Assembly: GCA_021802585.1 (NCBI GenBank) | Contig: JAJZRQ010000004.1 | Coordinates: 190 to 64,189, forward strand | Reading direction: 5' to 3' | From: Chloroflexota bacterium | Lineage (GTDB): Bacteria > Chloroflexota > Limnocylindria > Limnocylindrales > CSP1-4 | Length of the DNA: 64,000 nt | Part shown: positions 53,129 through 62,796 of the stretch, piece after piece | Layout: each line of letters opens with the position of its first letter | Numbering within the stretch: the stretch's first letter is position 1 | Program-made: the position numbers and the translations under genes | The notes under the pieces: model-generated | The model's input: the letters and a program-made list of their open reading frames with translations, nothing else | Databases searched by the model: none | Told to the model about the DNA's origin: nothing

Positions 53129-54241
53129 TCAGCCCTCCCGGCGGGCGATCCGGCCGCCGCCGAGGACGACGTCCGGCGCGTCGGCCGCGTAGAGGACGCA
53201 CGCCTGGCCGGGAGCCGCGGCCCAGACCGGCGCGTCGGTCGCGATGGTCCAGCGACCACGGGTGCCGCCGGTCGCGCGCCGGACGGTCGCCGCGACGGGC
53301 GCGGCCCGGTGGCGGACCTGGACGAGCGCCCGGAAGGCGTCCCCGTCGGGGGCCGCCCCGGCCACGAACGTCGCGTCGTCGATCGCGAACGTGCGCGTCT
53401 CGAGATCGGCCCGCCGAGCGAGGACGATCGTGTTCGCGACGGGGTCGATCCGGCTCACGTAGCGCGGCTCTCCGACGGCCACCCCGACGCCTCGTCGCTG
53501 GCCCACCGTGAAGGCGGCGGCGCCCGTGTGCTCCCCGAGGACCTGCCCGGCGGCATCGAGGGCGGGGCCCGGCGCCGGCCGCCAGCCCGCCCGCACCCGG
53601 AGCGCGGCGGCGACGTCGCCGTCAGGCACGAAGCAGACCTCCATGCTCTCCGGCTTGGCGGCGGTCGCGAGGCCTTGCGCCCGGGCGATCGCCCGGACCT
53701 CGCCCTTCTCGAGATCGCCGAGAGGGAAGAGCGCGCGGGCGAGCTGGTCCTGGCGGAGCCCGTAGAGGAAGTACGCCTGGTCCTTCGCCGCGTCGCGCCC
53801 GCGAAGGAGCCGGTGGACGGGCCCGCCCGGGCCCTCGGCGACGTCCGTCCGCGCGTAGTGCCCCGTCGCCACCGCGTCGCAGCCGTAGAGGTGGCGCGCC
53901 CGCCCGAGGAGCGCCCCGAACTTCACGAACGTGTTGCAGGCGACGCACGGGCTCGGCGTCTCCCCGCCAAGGTAGGCCGAGAGGAACGGGCGGACGACGC
54001 CGGCGTCGAACTCGCGCTCGAGGTTCAGGACGTAGAACGGGATCGCGAGCTGCGCGGCCACGCGCCGCGCGTCCTCGGCCGCGTCCGCGCTGCAGCAGCT
54101 CTTCTTCACCTCGGAGTACGCGTCGGCGCCGTCGTGGACCCGCATCCAGACGCCGACGACGTCGTGACCGGCCTCGACGAGGAGCGCGGCGGCGACGCTC
54201 GAGTCCACGCCCCCCGACATCGCCGCGAGCACGCGGGCCAT
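53129..54241 (-). CDS. mnmA: tRNA 2-thiouridine(34) synthase MnmA
   Basis: The translation reads [15 protein letters not shown] (PP-loop), ...SPCVACN..VKF..L......[10 protein letters not shown]. Confidence 0.9.
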   Translation of the reverse strand: MARVLAAMSGGVDSSVAAALLVEAGHDVVGVWMRVHDGADAYSEVKKSCCSADAAEDARRVAAQLAIPFYVLNLEREFDAGVVRPFLSAYLGGETPSPCVACNTFVKFGALLGRARHLYGCDAVATGHYARTDVAEGPGGPVHRLLRGRDAAKDQAYFLYGLRQDQLARALFPLGDLEKGEVRAIARAQGLATAAKPESMEVCFVPDGDVAAALRVRAGWRPAPGPALDAAGQVLGEHTGAAAFTVGQRRGVGVAVGEPRYVSRIDPVANTIVLARRADLETRTFAIDDATFVAGAAPDGDAFRALVQVRHRAAPVAATVRRATGGTRGRWTIATDAPVWAAAPGQACVLYAADAPDVVLGGGRIARREG

Positions 54242-54249
54242 CGCGGCCC

Positions 54250-55443
54250 TCAGGCGATCCGCGTGCCGAGCGGATCGGCGGCGAGGGCGGCGGACCCGTC
54301 GCGGATCGCGGCGAGGACCGGCGGGACGAGGGCGACGGCGGCGTCCACCTCGGCCGCCGTCGTCGTCCGCCCCAGCGAGAGGCGGAGGGCGCCGAGCGCC
54401 TCCCCGTCCGGGACCCCCATCGCCGTGAGGACGTGGGAAGGCTCCGGCGAGCCGGTGGCGCAGGCCGAGCCCGTCGAGCAGGCGATCCCCTCGAGGTCGA
54501 GGGCGACGGACGCGGCGACGCCGTCCGCGCCCCGGACGAGGAGCGAGAGGAGGCCGGGCAGCCGCTCGGCCGGGTGCCCGGTCAGCTCGACGCCGGGGAC
54601 GGCGAGGCAGGCCGCCTGGAGGCGCGAGCGCAGCTCGGCAAGGCGCGCGCGGGTCTCGGGCTTCGCCGCGCAGGCGAGGGCGTACGCGGCCGCCATCCCG
54701 ACGATGCCGGCGACGTTCTCCGTGCCGGCCCGCCGGTGGCGCTCCTGGCTCCCGCCGTGGAGCTGGGCGAGGAGCGGCGTCCCGCGGCGGACCCAGAGCG
54801 CGCCGACCCCCTTCGGGCCCTCGAACTTGTGGGCCGAGATGGCGACCGTGTCGGCGCCGAGCGCCGCGACGTCGAGGTCGAGGTACGGCGCCGCCTGCAC
54901 GGCGTCGACGTGGAGGTGGATCCCGCGCCGGGCCCGGACGCGGTCGGCGATCTCGCGGATCGGCTGGATCGTCCCGACCTCGTTGTTCGCCAGCATGACG
55001 GCGACGAGGACCGTCCGTTCGTCGAGGAGCGCGTCGAGCGCGCCAGGATCGACCCGCCCGGCCGCATCGACCGGCGCCCACGCCACGTCGAACCCCCACT
55101 TCGCGAGGTGCTCCGCCGAATGGCCCACGGCATGGTGCTCGACCGCGCTCACGACGAGCCGGTTGCCGCGCGCCTTGCCGGCCCACGCGGCACCCTTCAC
55201 GGCGAGGTTGTTCGCCTCCGTCCCGCCCGAGGTGACGACGACCTCCCGGGCGGCGCCGCCGAGGTTCGCGGCGAGGCGCTCGCGGGCCTCGTCGACGGCG
55301 TTCCGGGCCGCCCGGCCGGGGGCGTGCGCCGAGGACGGGTTCCCGAAGGCGCCCCCGAGGTACGGGAGCATCGCCTCGAGCGCCTCCGGCCGGAGCGGCG
55401 TCGTCGCCGCGTGGTCGAGGTAGATCGGCTGCGGGATCGGCAT
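54250..55443 (-). CDS. iscS: cysteine desulfurase (IscS/NifS class V aminotransferase)
   Basis: The translation reads [10 protein letters not shown]...FGNPSS.H..G........AR......LG......[10 protein letters not shown]...[17 protein letters not shown]...GTENV...SSGSAC-type STGSACA. Confidence 0.9.
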   Translation of the reverse strand: MPIPQPIYLDHAATTPLRPEALEAMLPYLGGAFGNPSSAHAPGRAARNAVDEARERLAANLGGAAREVVVTSGGTEANNLAVKGAAWAGKARGNRLVVSAVEHHAVGHSAEHLAKWGFDVAWAPVDAAGRVDPGALDALLDERTVLVAVMLANNEVGTIQPIREIADRVRARRGIHLHVDAVQAAPYLDLDVAALGADTVAISAHKFEGPKGVGALWVRRGTPLLAQLHGGSQERHRRAGTENVAGIVGMAAAYALACAAKPETRARLAELRSRLQAACLAVPGVELTGHPAERLPGLLSLLVRGADGVAASVALDLEGIACSTGSACATGSPEPSHVLTAMGVPDGEALGALRLSLGRTTTAAEVDAAVALVPPVLAAIRDGSAALAADPLGTRIA

Positions 55444-55458
55444 CAGGCGGCGATTGTA
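55441..55458 (-). promoter_or_regulatory. candidate -10 box TACAAT plus 9-nt spacer plus ATG (leaderless iscS-mnmA mRNA)
   Basis: The minus strand reads gccgTACAATcgccgcctgATGccg. It sits back-to-back with the plus-strand TATCCT promoter 50 nt away. Confidence 0.4.
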
Positions 55459-55507
55459 CGGCTCGCGCCCCGACGGGCCCGGGGCCGTGTCCCAGGGCCG
55501 CGACCGC

Positions 55508-55524
55508 TATCCTCTCGTCCCGTG
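55508..55524 (+). promoter_or_regulatory. candidate -10 box TATCCT plus 8-nt spacer plus GTG (leaderless)
   Basis: The sequence is ccgcTATCCTctcgtcccGTGacc. Confidence 0.35.
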
Positions 55525-56010
55525 ACCGACCGCCCGGACCCGCCGGCCGCCACCCGCCCGCCGCGCGCGCCCGCGCGCCCGACGGGCTGGCTCCTGGGCT
55601 ACCCGACCAACCACCTCCTCGGGGTGCTTCCCTCCCCCGCCACAGCCGCCGCGGCGGTCGTCGAGCTGGCCGCCGCCGGCGTCGCGGCCGACGCCATCCG
55701 CGTCCTCGTCGGAGAAGAGGCAGCGCTCCGGATCGACGGACGCGGCACCCACCACGGCCTCGTCGCCCGCCTCTACCGGCTCGTCCAGTTCACGCAGATG
55801 GACCAGGCGCCGGACTTCCGGCGCTACGAGCTCGAGGCGCGGCGCGGCCACCCGGTCGTCGCCGTCCGGGAGGCGGACGCGGCCCGCCGCCGGGCCGTCC
55901 GGGCGATCCTCCGCCGCCACGGCGCCCACTTCACGAACTTCTACGGGCGGTTCTCCACCGAGACGCTCGACCCGTACGAGGGGCCCGACGAGGGCGACCT
56001 CCCGGTCTAG
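55522..56010 (+). CDS. hypothetical cytoplasmic protein
   Basis: The GTG 55522 lies in ORF 54433..56010. The translation ...[58 protein letters not shown]...[58 protein letters not shown] has balanced composition. This contrasts with the Arg-rich upstream part of the ORF and the Arg-rich minus-strand ORF 55507..56169. Confidence 0.55.
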   Translation: MTDRPDPPAATRPPRAPARPTGWLLGYPTNHLLGVLPSPATAAAAVVELAAAGVAADAIRVLVGEEAALRIDGRGTHHGLVARLYRLVQFTQMDQAPDFRRYELEARRGHPVVAVREADAARRRAVRAILRRHGAHFTNFYGRFSTETLDPYEGPDEGDLPV

Positions 56011-58055
56011 GGGTGGTCGCCGACGCCGCGGGGGCGTGGCGGCATGTCCCGCTGGCGACGCGGCGTGTCGCAGGCGCGGTACGGGACCTCGGCGATGAGG
56101 ATGTCCTCCCGGCCCGCGAGCGCCCGGCGGATCCGGTGCATGTTCTGGTTGAAGAGCGCCCGCTCCCACCAGTGGCGGGTGAGGTGCTCCGGCAGGAGGA
56201 CGACCGTCACCGAGCCGGGGTCCCGGCGGGCCGTCGCCTCGAGGTAGTGGATGAGGGGCTCGACGAGGTTCCGGTACGGCGACTCGACGAGGACGAACCG
56301 GATCCCCGGGAGCTGGCGCTCGACGCGGGCTCGGAGCCGCTCACCCGCCGCCACGTCGTCGGTCACGTGGACCGCGGTGATGTCGCCGCTCATGGAGCGC
56401 GCGAACCGGACCGCCTGGATGACGTCCCACGTGACGCCGGTCGTGGGGATGACAACGCGCCGTCGGTGGACCGGCGACCCCCACACGAGATCCGGGGCGA
56501 CGTCGAGCTCCGACGCGCCGCGGGCGTACTCCCGGCGCACGAGGAGCATCACCGCGACGAGCGTCGGGACGACGACGAGGATGACCCATGCGCCGAGGGC
56601 GAGCTTCGCGATCGCGAACACGACCACCACGATGCCGGTCGCCACCGCGCCGCTGCCGTTGATGATGGCGCTCCGCCGCCAGCCGGGCTCCCGCTCGGCG
56701 AGCCAGTGCCGGACCATCCCCGCCTGCGACAGGGTGAACGCCGTGAACACGCCGATCGCGTAGAGCGGGATGAGCGCCTCGACGCGGCCACCGAACGCGA
56801 CGACGACGAGGATCGCCAGGGCCGCGAGGGCGACGATGCCGGCATTGAAGGCAAGGCGCTCGCCTCGATAGGCGAAGCCCCGCGGCATGAACCCGTCGCG
56901 GGCGAGGATCGAGGCGAGGCGGGGGAAGTCGGCGAAGCTCGTCTGGGCCGCGAGGACGAGGATCCCCATCGTCGAGAGGAGGAGGACATACCAGGCCGGG
57001 CCCTGCCCGAGGGTCGCCCTCCCCACCTGCGAGAGGACCGACTCCACCGGCGACGGCACGGCGCCGGCGACGCCGGCGAGGAACGTGACCCCGAGGAAGA
57101 CGACGCCGAGGACGAGGGCCATCGCCACCAGCGTCGCCTGGGCGTTCTTCCACTCGGGCGGCCGGAACGCCGGCGTCCCGTTCGAGATCGCCTCGGTACC
57201 GGTCATCGCGCTGCACCCGTCGGCGAAGGCCCGCATGAGGAGGAGGACCCCGAGCGACTGGACCGGGACATGGACCGGGATGACGTCGGTCACATGCGGC
57301 GCGTCGCCGAGGAGCACCCGGGCGACGCCGACGCCGACGACGAGGAGCACGCTGCCGATGAAGAGGTACGTGGGGAGGGCGAGGATCGAGCCGCTCTCCC
57401 GGATGCCCCGCAGGTTCACGGCCATGACGAGGAGGATCGCCGCCACGATGAGCGGCACGGCCACGCCGTGGAGCGCCGGGAACGCCGAGGCGAGGTTGAA
57501 GACCCCGGCCGAGACGCTGACGGCGACCGTGAGGACGTAGTCCGTGAGGAGCGCGGCCGCCGCCACGAGGCCGGGCAGGGTGCCGAGGTTCGCCCGGGCA
57601 ACGATGTAGCTGCCCCCGCCGCCGGGATACGCGCGGATCGTCTGGCGGTACGAGAACGTGACGAGGGCGAGGAGCCCGACGACGAGGAACGCGATCGGCA
57701 TGAGGTAGGCGAACGCCGCCGTCCCCGCCGCGAACAGCGTGAACATGCTCGCCTCGGTGGCGTACGCCACCGACGACATGACATCGCTGGAGAAGACGGC
57801 GAGCGCCTTCCACTTCGGGAGGCGCTCCTCGATCTCCTGGGCCGTCGCGAGCAGGCGGCCGAAGAGGATCCGCCGGGCGGCGAAGGCCGCATGCCCGACA
57901 CGGCCGCGGGGCACGCTCGCGGCCGGCGTGGCGACGACGGTCCCGGGGCGCGCGTAGCGGAGGTAGCGGGCGTCCGGCCGCTCGACGCGCAGGCGCCGGT
58001 CGCCGGGCTTCCGGCCCTGGAGGAGCCCCTCCCCGCGGGGCGCGAGCGCGGCCAC
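56007..58055 (-). CDS. APC-superfamily transporter with ~190-aa cytoplasmic C-terminal domain
   Basis: About 12 TM segments begin ...LPKWKALAVFSSDVMSSVAYATE...GGGSYIVARANLG.... The tail ...RRVVIPTTGVTWDVIQAVRFARSMSGDITAVHVTDD...IRFVLVESPYRNLVEPLIHYLE...VTVVLLPEH looks USP/nucleotide-binding-fold-like. The start is uncertain. Confidence 0.75.
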   Translation of the reverse strand: MAALAPRGEGLLQGRKPGDRRLRVERPDARYLRYARPGTVVATPAASVPRGRVGHAAFAARRILFGRLLATAQEIEERLPKWKALAVFSSDVMSSVAYATEASMFTLFAAGTAAFAYLMPIAFLVVGLLALVTFSYRQTIRAYPGGGGSYIVARANLGTLPGLVAAAALLTDYVLTVAVSVSAGVFNLASAFPALHGVAVPLIVAAILLVMAVNLRGIRESGSILALPTYLFIGSVLLVVGVGVARVLLGDAPHVTDVIPVHVPVQSLGVLLLMRAFADGCSAMTGTEAISNGTPAFRPPEWKNAQATLVAMALVLGVVFLGVTFLAGVAGAVPSPVESVLSQVGRATLGQGPAWYVLLLSTMGILVLAAQTSFADFPRLASILARDGFMPRGFAYRGERLAFNAGIVALAALAILVVVAFGGRVEALIPLYAIGVFTAFTLSQAGMVRHWLAEREPGWRRSAIINGSGAVATGIVVVVFAIAKLALGAWVILVVVPTLVAVMLLVRREYARGASELDVAPDLVWGSPVHRRRVVIPTTGVTWDVIQAVRFARSMSGDITAVHVTDDVAAGERLRARVERQLPGIRFVLVESPYRNLVEPLIHYLEATARRDPGSVTVVLLPEHLTRHWWERALFNQNMHRIRRALAGREDILIAEVPYRACDTPRRQRDMPPRPRGVGDHP

Positions 58056-58056
58056 C

Positions 58057-58332
58057 TCAGGCGCAGCGCACGACGACGTCGAGCCCGCCTCCGGGGCGGA
58101 TCCGTCGATCGAGGACCACGCCCTCCGCGGCGGCGAGAGCGTCGAGCCGGGCGACGAGACGGGGCTCGGTCGCCATCCCGCAGACGATCACCCGGTATCC
58201 CGGACGGAGCGCGACGACGGCGATCGCCGCGCGGAGCTCCGCCTCGGCGAGCGCCGCGGCGTCGTCAGGCTCCGCGTCAGCGCCTGCGGCCCGCCCGCCG
58301 GGCAGCCCCGTGCCCTGGTCCCGTGCATCCAT
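58057..58332 (-). CDS. small hypothetical protein (91 aa)
   Basis: The product is MDARDQGTG...AIAVVALRPGYRVIVCGMATEPRLVARLDALAAAEGVVLDRRIRPGGGLDVVVRCA. Third-position GC is high, and the stop lies 1 nt before the transporter GTG. I recognise no domain. Confidence 0.4.
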   Translation of the reverse strand: MDARDQGTGLPGGRAAGADAEPDDAAALAEAELRAAIAVVALRPGYRVIVCGMATEPRLVARLDALAAAEGVVLDRRIRPGGGLDVVVRCA

Positions 58333-58400
58333 GTCCCCAGCATCCGCTCCACCCCCAAGAGGCCGCCGCCCGGCACCCCTGCGGGGCGCTCAAGGAACGC

Positions 58401-59129
58401 TCAGGAACGCTCCGCCAGGGGCAGCCGGACCCGGTAGCCGACCCCGGGCTCCGCGACGATGAGGTCGTGGAGCGCGCCCGTCCGGTCCGCCGCGGCGAGC
58501 TTCCGGCGGATCTGGCTCACGTAGACGTGGATGTAGTGGGCCTCGTCGGCATATGCCGTGCCCCACACGGCGCGGAGGAGCCGCCCGTGCGTCACGAGCC
58601 GGCCGGCGTGCGCGACGAGGACCTTGAGGACCTCGAACTCCCGTGGCGTGAGGTGGACCGCCCGGCCCTCGACCGTCACGGCGTGCCCCCCGACGTCCAC
58701 GACGAGCGACCCGAGGCGGATCTCGCCCGTCGCGTCCGACGCCGGGCCGGCGGCCCGCCGGAGGACCGCCCGGAGGCGGGCCAGCAGCTCGGCCGCCCCG
58801 AACGGCTTCGTCACGAAGTCGTCGGCGCCCTGCTCGAGGGCGGCGACCTTCGCCTCCTCCCGGTCGCGCGCGGACAGGATGACGATCGGCGTCGACGCGT
58901 CGCGCCGGATCCGGCGGATGAAGAGCGACCCGTCGGCGTCGGGAAGCCCGAGGTCGAGGAGGACGAGGTCCGGCCGCTGCGCCTCCCAGCGCGCGAGCGC
59001 CTCCGCGGCGTCGGCCGCCTCGACGAGGCGGAAGCCGTGGATCGCCAGGTACGCCGCGACCTCGCGTCGCGTCGCCGGGTCGTCCTCGACGAGGAGGATC
59101 CGGGCGCCCGGCGGCGGCTCGCCCTTCAC
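58401..59129 (-). CDS. OmpR/KdpE-family response regulator
   Basis: ILLVEDDPATR...DLVLLDLGLPDADG...PIVILSARD...KV.ALE.GADD..TKPF is the receiver domain, and LTPREFEVLKVL...VYVSQIRRKL......I....GVGYR is the winged helix. The GTG overlaps the kinase stop (GTGA). Confidence 0.85.
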   Translation of the reverse strand: MKGEPPPGARILLVEDDPATRREVAAYLAIHGFRLVEAADAAEALARWEAQRPDLVLLDLGLPDADGSLFIRRIRRDASTPIVILSARDREEAKVAALEQGADDFVTKPFGAAELLARLRAVLRRAAGPASDATGEIRLGSLVVDVGGHAVTVEGRAVHLTPREFEVLKVLVAHAGRLVTHGRLLRAVWGTAYADEAHYIHVYVSQIRRKLAAADRTGALHDLIVAEPGVGYRVRLPLAERS

Positions 59130-60715
59130 GCGCCCACCCCCGGCGGCTCCGCTCCCGCGTCCCCGCGCGGCGGGAACGGGGCCGCGGGGAGGTCCACGTC
59201 GATCGCGAGCCCGCCGATCCCGGCCCGCCGGGCGGCGACACGCCCGCCCATCGCCTCGACGAGGCCCTTCACGACCGCCAGCCCGAGCCCGGAGCCGCGC
59301 CGGTCGGGGCCGCCCCGCGCCACCCGGCTGAACTTGCGGAACAGTCCGCCGAGCGCCGCGTCCGGCACGCCGGGGCCGCCGTCCTCCACCGTGAGCCGCA
59401 CGACGCCGGGCGCGGCCTCGACGGCGCCGACGCGGACCGCCGCTCCGGGGGCGGCGTGGACGGCAGCGTTCTCGAGGAGGTTCGCGAGGACCTGGTCGAT
59501 GAAGACCGGGTCCACGTTCACGGGCGGGAGGTCGTCCGGCATCGTCACCGTCACCGGGCGGCCGGCGAGCGCCGCGGCGAGGCGCTCGAGGCCGGCCGCG
59601 ACGAGGTCCTCGAGCGCGAACGGCTCCGGCCGCGCCCGGAGATCGCCGGCCTCGATCCGGCTGAGGTCGAGGAGGTTCGAGACGAGTCGGTTCAGCCGCT
59701 CCGCCTCCCGGTCGATCGTCGCCGCCCGCTCGACGCGGGCGGCCGGCGCGCCGTCGAACGCGGGGTCCATGAGGCTTCCCGCGGCGGCGCGAATCGACCC
59801 GAGCGGCGTCCGGAGGTCGTGGGACACGGAGTCGAGGAGCGCGGTCTTCGCGGCCTCGCTCCGACGGGCGACCTCGGCGCTCGTCGCCTCCTCGGCGAGG
59901 CGGTCCCGCTCGAGCGCCTGGCCGACCTGGTCGGCCGCGGCCGCGAGCACGCGCGAGTCGCCCCGACCCGGGCGTCCGGCGGAGCGCGGCCGCGTGATCC
60001 AGAGCGAGCCCCGCTCCTCGCGGCCCACGGAGATCGGGACGCGGTAGGCCTCGACGTGCGCGTCGGCCGTCCCCGCCGCGGCCCGCGGATCGTGGACCCG
60101 GACCCACGCGGGCGGCTCGTCGCCGGGCTGGCGCCGGAGGACCTGGTGCGCGGCGCCGACCGCCGCCCGGCCGTCGCCTCCGCTGTCGGCGGTGACCCGC
60201 TCGGCCCCGCCCGGCGGTCCCAGGGCGATCCAGGCCCGGGTCGCGGCGGTCTCGCCCGCCAGGACCCGAACGACCTCGCCGAGCGCCGCGCCGGTCGGGT
60301 TCGTCGCGAGCGCGCGGCCGATCCGGTAGAGGGCCCGCGCCTGGCGTTCGCGGAGGAGCGCGGCCTCCGCCCGCGCCCGCTGCATGCCGGCGAGCTGGCC
60401 GACGACGACGCCGAGGACGAGGAGGAGAAGGAGGTTGAGCCACTCCTCGGGATCGGCGACGGCGAGGAGGCCGGTCGGCTGGATGAAGACGAGGTCGTAG
60501 AGGACGAACGACCCGATCGCCGTGGCGACGGCCGCCGGGATCCCGAAGGCGACCGCCATCGCGACGACCGCGAGCAGGTACGTTGCCGAGGCGTTGCCGA
60601 CCCCGACCGAACCCTCGAGGAGCCCGACCGCCACGGTCGTCGCGGCGAGCGCCCCGGCCCCCGCGACGCTCGCCAGGGCCGCCCGGCGGAGGCGCCGGCC
60701 CGCGATCGGCTCCAT
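59126..60715 (-). CDS. sensor histidine kinase, KdpD C-terminal-half architecture (DUF4118-like TM bundle, GAF-like, HisKA, HATPase_c) lacking the N-terminal KdpD/Usp module
   Basis: Four TM helices (...YLLAVVAMAVAFGIPAAV...FVLYDLVFIQP...NLLLLLVLGVVVGQLA) are followed by a ~150-aa middle domain. Then come LLDSVSHDLRTPL (H-box), NLLENA (N), EDGGPGV (G1) and GSGLGLAVV (G2). Confidence 0.8.
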   Translation of the reverse strand: MEPIAGRRLRRAALASVAGAGALAATTVAVGLLEGSVGVGNASATYLLAVVAMAVAFGIPAAVATAIGSFVLYDLVFIQPTGLLAVADPEEWLNLLLLLVLGVVVGQLAGMQRARAEAALLRERQARALYRIGRALATNPTGAALGEVVRVLAGETAATRAWIALGPPGGAERVTADSGGDGRAAVGAAHQVLRRQPGDEPPAWVRVHDPRAAAGTADAHVEAYRVPISVGREERGSLWITRPRSAGRPGRGDSRVLAAAADQVGQALERDRLAEEATSAEVARRSEAAKTALLDSVSHDLRTPLGSIRAAAGSLMDPAFDGAPAARVERAATIDREAERLNRLVSNLLDLSRIEAGDLRARPEPFALEDLVAAGLERLAAALAGRPVTVTMPDDLPPVNVDPVFIDQVLANLLENAAVHAAPGAAVRVGAVEAAPGVVRLTVEDGGPGVPDAALGGLFRKFSRVARGGPDRRGSGLGLAVVKGLVEAMGGRVAARRAGIGGLAIDVDLPAAPFPPRGDAGAEPPGVGA

Positions 60716-60728
60716 GACCGAGATGGTA
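60713..60728 (-). promoter_or_regulatory. candidate -10 box TACCAT plus 7-nt spacer plus ATG (leaderless kinase/regulator/transporter operon)
   Basis: The minus strand reads cgggcTACCATctcggtcATGgag, within the 55-nt spacer after typA. Confidence 0.4.
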
Positions 60729-60770
60729 GCCCGGTCGGGTGCGCCCAGGGACGCGGCGGGAGGCGGCGCG

Positions 60771-62723
60771 TCAGGAGGCGGCGGCCCGCCGTGCCTCGGC
60801 GCGCTGGCCTGCCTGGCGGCGGCGGTCGTGGACGGAGAGGAGCCGCTTCCGCAGGCGGATCGAGCCCGGCGTCACCTCGACGAGCTCGTCCTCGCCGATG
60901 AACTCGATCGCCGCCTCGAGGGTCATCGGGCGGGGCGGGGTCAGCCGGAGGGCCTCGTCGTGGGCGTGGGTCCGGATGTTCGTGAGCTTCTTCTCCTTCG
61001 TGACGTTGACGTCCATGTCGCCCGACCGCGCGTTCTCGCCGACGACCATCCCCTCGTAGACCTCGATGCCCGCGCCGACGAAGAGCTCGGAGCGATCCTG
61101 GAGGTTGAACAGGGCGTACGCGTTGCTCGTCCCCGGGCGGTCGGCGACGAGAACCCCGTTCGTGCGGTGGGTCACCTCGCCGGCCCACGGGCCGTAGCCC
61201 TCGCCGATCTGGTGGAGGAGGGCCGTCCCGCGGGTCTCGGTGAGGAGCTGGCCACGGTAGCCGATGAGCCCGCGGACCGGGAGGACGAACTCCATCCGCA
61301 CGCGGCCGTCGGCGTCGGTCGACATCTGCTCCAGGCGGCCCTTCCGGCCGGCGAGCCCGGCCTGGACCTCGCCGATGTAGTCGGGCGGGATGTCGATCGT
61401 GATCCGCTCGTACGGCTCGTGGACCTCGCCCCCCACCTCGTGGAGGATCACCTCCGGGCGACTCACCTGGAGCTCGTAGCCCTCGCGACGCATCTGCTCG
61501 ACGAGGACGGCGAGCTGGAGCTCGCCCCGCCCCCGGACCTCGTAGGTGTCGCCGGTCTCGGTCGGGAAGAACTGGATCGCCACGTTGCCGAGGACCTCCC
61601 GCTCGAGCCGCGCGCGGAGGTGGCGGCTCGTGAGGTACTTCCCCTCGCGCCCGGAGAGCGGCGACGTGTTCACCCCGAACGTCATGCGGAGCGTCGGCTC
61701 GTCTACCTCGATCCGCGGCAGCGGGCGCGGGTCGGCGGGGTCGGTGAGCGTGTCCCCGATGGTGACCTCCGGGATGCCGGCGACGGACACGATGTCTCCC
61801 GGCCCCGCCTCCACGATGTCGACCCGTTCGATGCCGCGGGCTGTCTGGAGGCTCGTGACAGTGCCCGCCAGCGTCACCGTCCGCCCCGGCTCGATCGCCC
61901 CGGCGGTGTCGTCCGGCTCCTCGCGGAGGACGGCGATCCGCTGGCCGACGCGGATCGTCCCGTTCACGACGCGCCCGATCGCCATCCGCCCGACGTAGTC
62001 GTTCGCCGAGAGGTTCGTCACGAGCAGCTGGAGCGGGTGCCCCGGCGTGTGGGTCGGCGGCGGCGTGACGGCCACGAGGAGGTCGAGGAGCGGCCGGAGG
62101 TCGGTGCCTGGGACCGCCGGGTCGGTCGTCGCCGTCGCCGCCCTCGCATTCGTGTAGACGACCGGGAACTCGATCTGGTGCTCGTCCGCGCCGAGGTCCA
62201 TGAACAGCTCGTAGACGTCGTCGAGGACCTCGGCCGGCCGCGCGTCGCCGCGGTCGATCTTGTTGAGGGCGACGACGACGGGAAGGCGGCGGGCCATCGC
62301 CTTCTGGAGGACGTAGCGCGTCTGGGGGAGCGGGCCCTCCGCGGCGTCGACGAGGAGGAGGACCGCGTCGACGAGGTTGAGGCTCCGCTCGACCTCGCCG
62401 CCGAAGTCGGCATGACCGGGGGTGTCGACGATGTTGATCGTCGTCCCCCGGTACACGACGGTCGTCTGCTTCGCGAGGATCGTGATCCCCTTCTCGCGCT
62501 CGAGGTCCATCGAATCCATGACCCGGTCGACGACGGCCTGGTTCGCGCGGAAGGCCCCGCCCTGGCGGAGGATCCCGTCGACGAGCGTCGTCTTCCCGTG
62601 GTCGACGTGGGCGACGATCGCGACGTTCCGGACGTCGGCGCGAACGGCGGAGGGCCCGGCGCCGGCGGCGGGGACGGGAGCGGCGACGGCGGGCACGGCG
62701 GGACGGGGCTCCTCGTTCCTCAT
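60771..62723 (-). CDS. typA: translational GTPase TypA/BipA
   Basis: The translation reads VRNVAIVAHVDHGKTTLVD...DSMDLEREKGITI...NIVDTPGHADFGGEVER...NKIDR. The start is uncertain, since ATG 62723 has no SD and an in-frame GTG at 62696 lies 12 nt after GAGGAG. Confidence 0.9.
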   Translation of the reverse strand: MRNEEPRPAVPAVAAPVPAAGAGPSAVRADVRNVAIVAHVDHGKTTLVDGILRQGGAFRANQAVVDRVMDSMDLEREKGITILAKQTTVVYRGTTINIVDTPGHADFGGEVERSLNLVDAVLLLVDAAEGPLPQTRYVLQKAMARRLPVVVALNKIDRGDARPAEVLDDVYELFMDLGADEHQIEFPVVYTNARAATATTDPAVPGTDLRPLLDLLVAVTPPPTHTPGHPLQLLVTNLSANDYVGRMAIGRVVNGTIRVGQRIAVLREEPDDTAGAIEPGRTVTLAGTVTSLQTARGIERVDIVEAGPGDIVSVAGIPEVTIGDTLTDPADPRPLPRIEVDEPTLRMTFGVNTSPLSGREGKYLTSRHLRARLEREVLGNVAIQFFPTETGDTYEVRGRGELQLAVLVEQMRREGYELQVSRPEVILHEVGGEVHEPYERITIDIPPDYIGEVQAGLAGRKGRLEQMSTDADGRVRMEFVLPVRGLIGYRGQLLTETRGTALLHQIGEGYGPWAGEVTHRTNGVLVADRPGTSNAYALFNLQDRSELFVGAGIEVYEGMVVGENARSGDMDVNVTKEKKLTNIRTHAHDEALRLTPPRPMTLEAAIEFIGEDELVEVTPGSIRLRKRLLSVHDRRRQAGQRAEARRAAAS

Positions 62724-62796
62724 GGGCGGGCGGATCGTCGCACATCGCGCCCTGCGCCGCGCGCGACGCCCGTGCCGGCAGGCCGCGACGGCCTGC

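Noticed and set aside
49999-53259. The ORF track implies long N-terminal extensions on several genes. These are alaS and also 5085..6620 etfA, 21087..23309 der, 24433..26331 cmk, 25128..27290 amidohydrolase, 41922..44492, 46901..49939 and 58401..60443.
   Set aside because: The extensions are Arg/Pro-rich and overlap the upstream gene. Conserved N-termini begin at internal ATG/GTG codons that coincide with GTGA/ATGA overlaps, SD sequences or -10 boxes, so I trimmed them.
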